DNA of 64,000 nt from Iphione sp. A-MEVVRFRX5 (Eukaryota). A program made the translations under genes and the position numbers. Location of the stretch: contig OZ320313.1 in assembly GCA_976226885.1 (NCBI GenBank), forward strand, positions 113,336,001 to 113,400,000, in the 5' to 3' direction. The notes under the pieces were generated by a model that was not told where the DNA came from, searched no databases, and saw nothing but the letters and a program-made list of their open reading frames with translations. Numbering within the stretch: position 1 is the stretch's first letter; each line of letters opens with the position of its first letter. Shown in pieces: positions 61,209 to 64,000 of this stretch.

Positions 61209-62419
61209 GACTTCGCGTCCATTTGGGTTAAGGGAACAGACCAGAGGGACCTGGCTGTAGTAGCCAGTTGTGCGACTTCATTTTTGATGAAAAGAACATT
61301 GAACAGACATGAATGGAGCCAAAGAAAACGACGGAGATATGACCCAGAATTATCTATCGTGGCATAAAATGGATTAGAAGCTGAGTCTTGACTACAAAGT
61401 TATCTACACAGCATCCATATGTTTCAAGCGGATTGCACCACGGATCATCAGGGCTTTATAAGATATGAACGCAGTCATTTTGAACTTTTCCCCAGAGCTC
61501 AATCCTCCAGTTTTCCACAGAGAAATATTATTTTCTGTGCAATATTTCGGCGGTTGCGGACCTTATTAAGGGTCCGCATCCAGCTGCCGCCAGCACTTCA
61601 AGCGTTAACAAGCCTCTGAGAGAGTGGATCGGGCCATGGTCGCGACCAGGGGCATGCCAGGAGCATACCCATCACTTTACTGCCTCCTATTCTCGCCTGC
61701 GGCTATATAATAGGCCAGAGTGCAGTGGGAGAATTGCTTTGATAAAACGCTCAAATCTACCAGATCGATAGCACCTTCACCACTGGTCTCAGGCAGGCTT
61801 AGCCTGGTATTTTCATCTCTTTGAAGACCCATTCGCCTTCTTTAACACCATTGAGATACACGTAGATATGCGCATTACTTTTGTGAAACAATTTCACAAA
61901 GGCTTCGATACAAGGAAAAATCATATCTATGGTAATCCAGACCTTATTCAGTTGGATGGGTATATTTCCATCGCATCGCCATTGCTGCCCTGACCGCCTG
62001 AGGTATTGAACATTGCAAATTGAGGTTTACCATTCATTGCGGATTTAATGGAAAATCATTGTCGCAGTCTGCTGGCCTGGCAGATCAATCGTCAGGCAGA
62101 AATGTGTGCCTATCAGCTGGAGTCCCTCAGTCACTGTCACTTCCTCGGTGGCATCGATCCACGAAGGCCAAGGATGTAGTGGCAGAATGTGTTGAGTGTC
62201 AGTCAACGGGGGATGCAGTGATCATGGTGGCTCAATAATCGAACCCCTGCTGGTGATGTTAAGGGCAGGCGGTAGCAGGTCATACTTAGGCGTCTTACTG
62301 TTCGATAATCATCAGTCTCTGGACTGTAATTATTCTCATCGACCTTGAGCAGTCGCGTGGGCCTCACACGTCCAGGATGGCCATGTGATGATCACAAAGC
62401 GCTTTATTCCCTCCCGCAG

Positions 62420-62483
62420 CCGTGAACGGGTCAGGTACTATGGCAAGTGTACCACGAACTGAAGAGAAACGGCTTCCAGCACA
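62420..62483 (+). CDS. Candidate exon (1 to 2) or alternative first exon (ATG 62440)
   Basis: ctttattccctcccgcag|...CA|gtaagt; 64 nt; (A)VNGSGTMASVPRTEEKRLPA. Strong splice sites, and same phases as 57957-58011. Confidence 0.5.
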
Positions 62484-62970
62484 GTAAGTTTTCATTCGCG
62501 AGGAGTAGGTTAACATTGACATACTACCGCATACATTGCTTTTTAGGAGTCGGCCGCGACAAAGGTATGCTTGTTGTATTGGAGCTCACATATTTTGAGG
62601 AAATTTGAATTAATACGCTAGAGACACATCTATATTACTCATGACATACAACATTTATATTTTTGAAAAATGGCCGTTTGGAGGATGTCATCAAGAGCTC
62701 CTTGTTGGATCCGGCGTTTGTAATCACAGGAAATCATTTCAGTCCGACACTGCCTTCATCGATGAACATTACTCCCTTGGCGTTTTAAGATTGACTGCCA
62801 AATGGCTCCACTTGTTTGAACAGATTGTAGCATTTTGTCATCAGCCAACACCATTCGAGATGATACTACAGCCTTGTCAACTTTCCTCAATGTTGTGACG
62901 ACTTTTGTCTTGATTTCCTATCTCTCACTACACGGAGGGTCTCGGAAGCCCCAGACAGGAAGACAGGGGA

Positions 62971-63059
62971 ATGTCTCAGCAGGATTTCAGGAATAAGTAC
63001 AATGCTGTTGTGGCCTCATTGCAGAAGTACTATGAATGTATGTACGGAACAGAACCACG
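62971..63059 (+). CDS. Candidate alternative first coding exon ending in phase 2
   Basis: MSQQDFRNKYNAVVASLQKYYECMYGTEP(R)|gtatgt; in-frame stop upstream at 62911-62913; no good pyrimidine-rich acceptor. Confidence 0.4.
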
Positions 63060-63580
63060 GTATGTCTAACATTGTTACCCCACTTACCTCTCGAAAGTTA
63101 CAACCACTTATGTGGAAATGTACAGCATGTTAAGAAGGCAGACTGATAGACCGTTTGGCGAGGTGCCTTATAATGCACTAAGCTACGACAGTTTTAATAT
63201 TGGAATATAAACACTGTCAATAGGGCTTAAATAATGTCTCATTACTTTAGCATACTAGTGACGTAATTCTGTGATCGGCCGGCTGTGAGAATTTGATCTT
63301 AGAATGTTCTGGCACCCCTGTTGAAGATGGCCATGCTCTGTGCTGTGTGATGAAATAAGGAGAGTTGACCGTGATGTCAGTTTGATTAAAGGGGGGCGGG
63401 GGTGTATTGACCGTACCGTCTGGTGCTGGTGGTAATTCGAGGACAACTGAGTTGTAGTGCGATATTGTGTAACATGTCCCACTGCATTCCCGCCGCCGGG
63501 ATGGGGCGCCGATTGAGCGGACCTGTGCGGTGAGTCTGTCGCCGCCAGCCGCCTTTACACGCCTGTCGATGGTGTCGTAA

Positions 63581-63672
63581 GGGTGTGTGGGTGTGTGTGT
63601 GTGTGTGGGGGGGGGGGGGGGGTTCGGTCGGCAGGGTTAGGGGTGGGTGGGTTGTGTGTGTGTGGGGGGGGG
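63581..63672. repeat. Compound (GT)n-poly-G tract, two units
   Basis: gggtgtgtgggtgtgtgtgtgtgtgt-G16 ... gtgtgtgtgt-G9. Confidence 0.85.
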
Positions 63673-64000
63673 TCGTCTGGACTACGGGCGGAATGTATAG
63701 CATGCAACACAAGACTTCTGAAATGCGGGACAGCTGCTTTACTAGATACCCTTTTGTTGTTAACATTTTTACATGTACAGTTGGCATACCAGTCTCCCAT
63801 ACTACTAGGCATGAACTTACGTCGACGAATCATTAGTTTTAGAGATACTCTCCCGCCTGTTTTTCGCAATAAACGGATTTTTACAAATTGGATTTTTTTC
63901 CATTTTTTTTGGGGGGGGCGGGAAAACTTGATAGATCGTTAGATTCATTCATAAAGTGAAATGTTGAGGACAAAGATGTAAAGTTAATAAGGAGCACATG

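Noticed and set aside
1-64000. Prokaryotic-type system (CRISPR array, operon, Cas/Fanzor/TnpB, retron, defence island)
   Set aside because: I saw no repeat-spacer array and no long intronless ORF other than the exon-derived ones. The window is spliced eukaryotic DNA.

Overview
Eukaryotic (metazoan) genomic DNA from a draft assembly, with one 225-N gap. The style suggests amphioxus/Branchiostoma, but that is inference only. There are no prokaryotic features: no CRISPR array, rRNA, intact tRNA or intact transposase. One large + strand spliced gene dominates the window. I traced by hand a phase-compatible chain of 16 GT-AG exons from 19536 to 58011 (2765 nt, about 921 aa), plus a 1167-nt cassette exon, a 33-nt microexon and several candidate alternative exons. 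The protein reads: C-terminal two-thirds of a PDLIM/SYNPO2-type PDZ domain, then a long disordered S/P/T-rich region, then a clear sorbin-homology (SoHo) domain, then YxxP microexons. The disordered region carries a PPxY motif, a synaptopodin/myozenin-like SKGxxLFxKRQ motif, VWxP repeats and RSxSxP sites. This is a SORBS (CAP/ponsin, ArgBP2, vinexin) family gene. Its SH3 exons should lie downstream of the window, and I did not find its canonical first PDZ exon inside it. The most interesting observation is the apparent single-gene union of synaptopodin-2-like and SORBS-like architecture. The rest is intron: a TA-flanked MITE, HINE-like hairpin repeats, short tandem duplications, microsatellites, many C/G homopolymers, a strongly over-represented TACATGTA palindrome, and possibly a very degraded LRR pseudogene on the minus strand near 4.4-5.4 kb. 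Nearly all ORFs in the supplied track are spurious or antisense shadows of exons. All family comparisons are from memory and need database confirmation.
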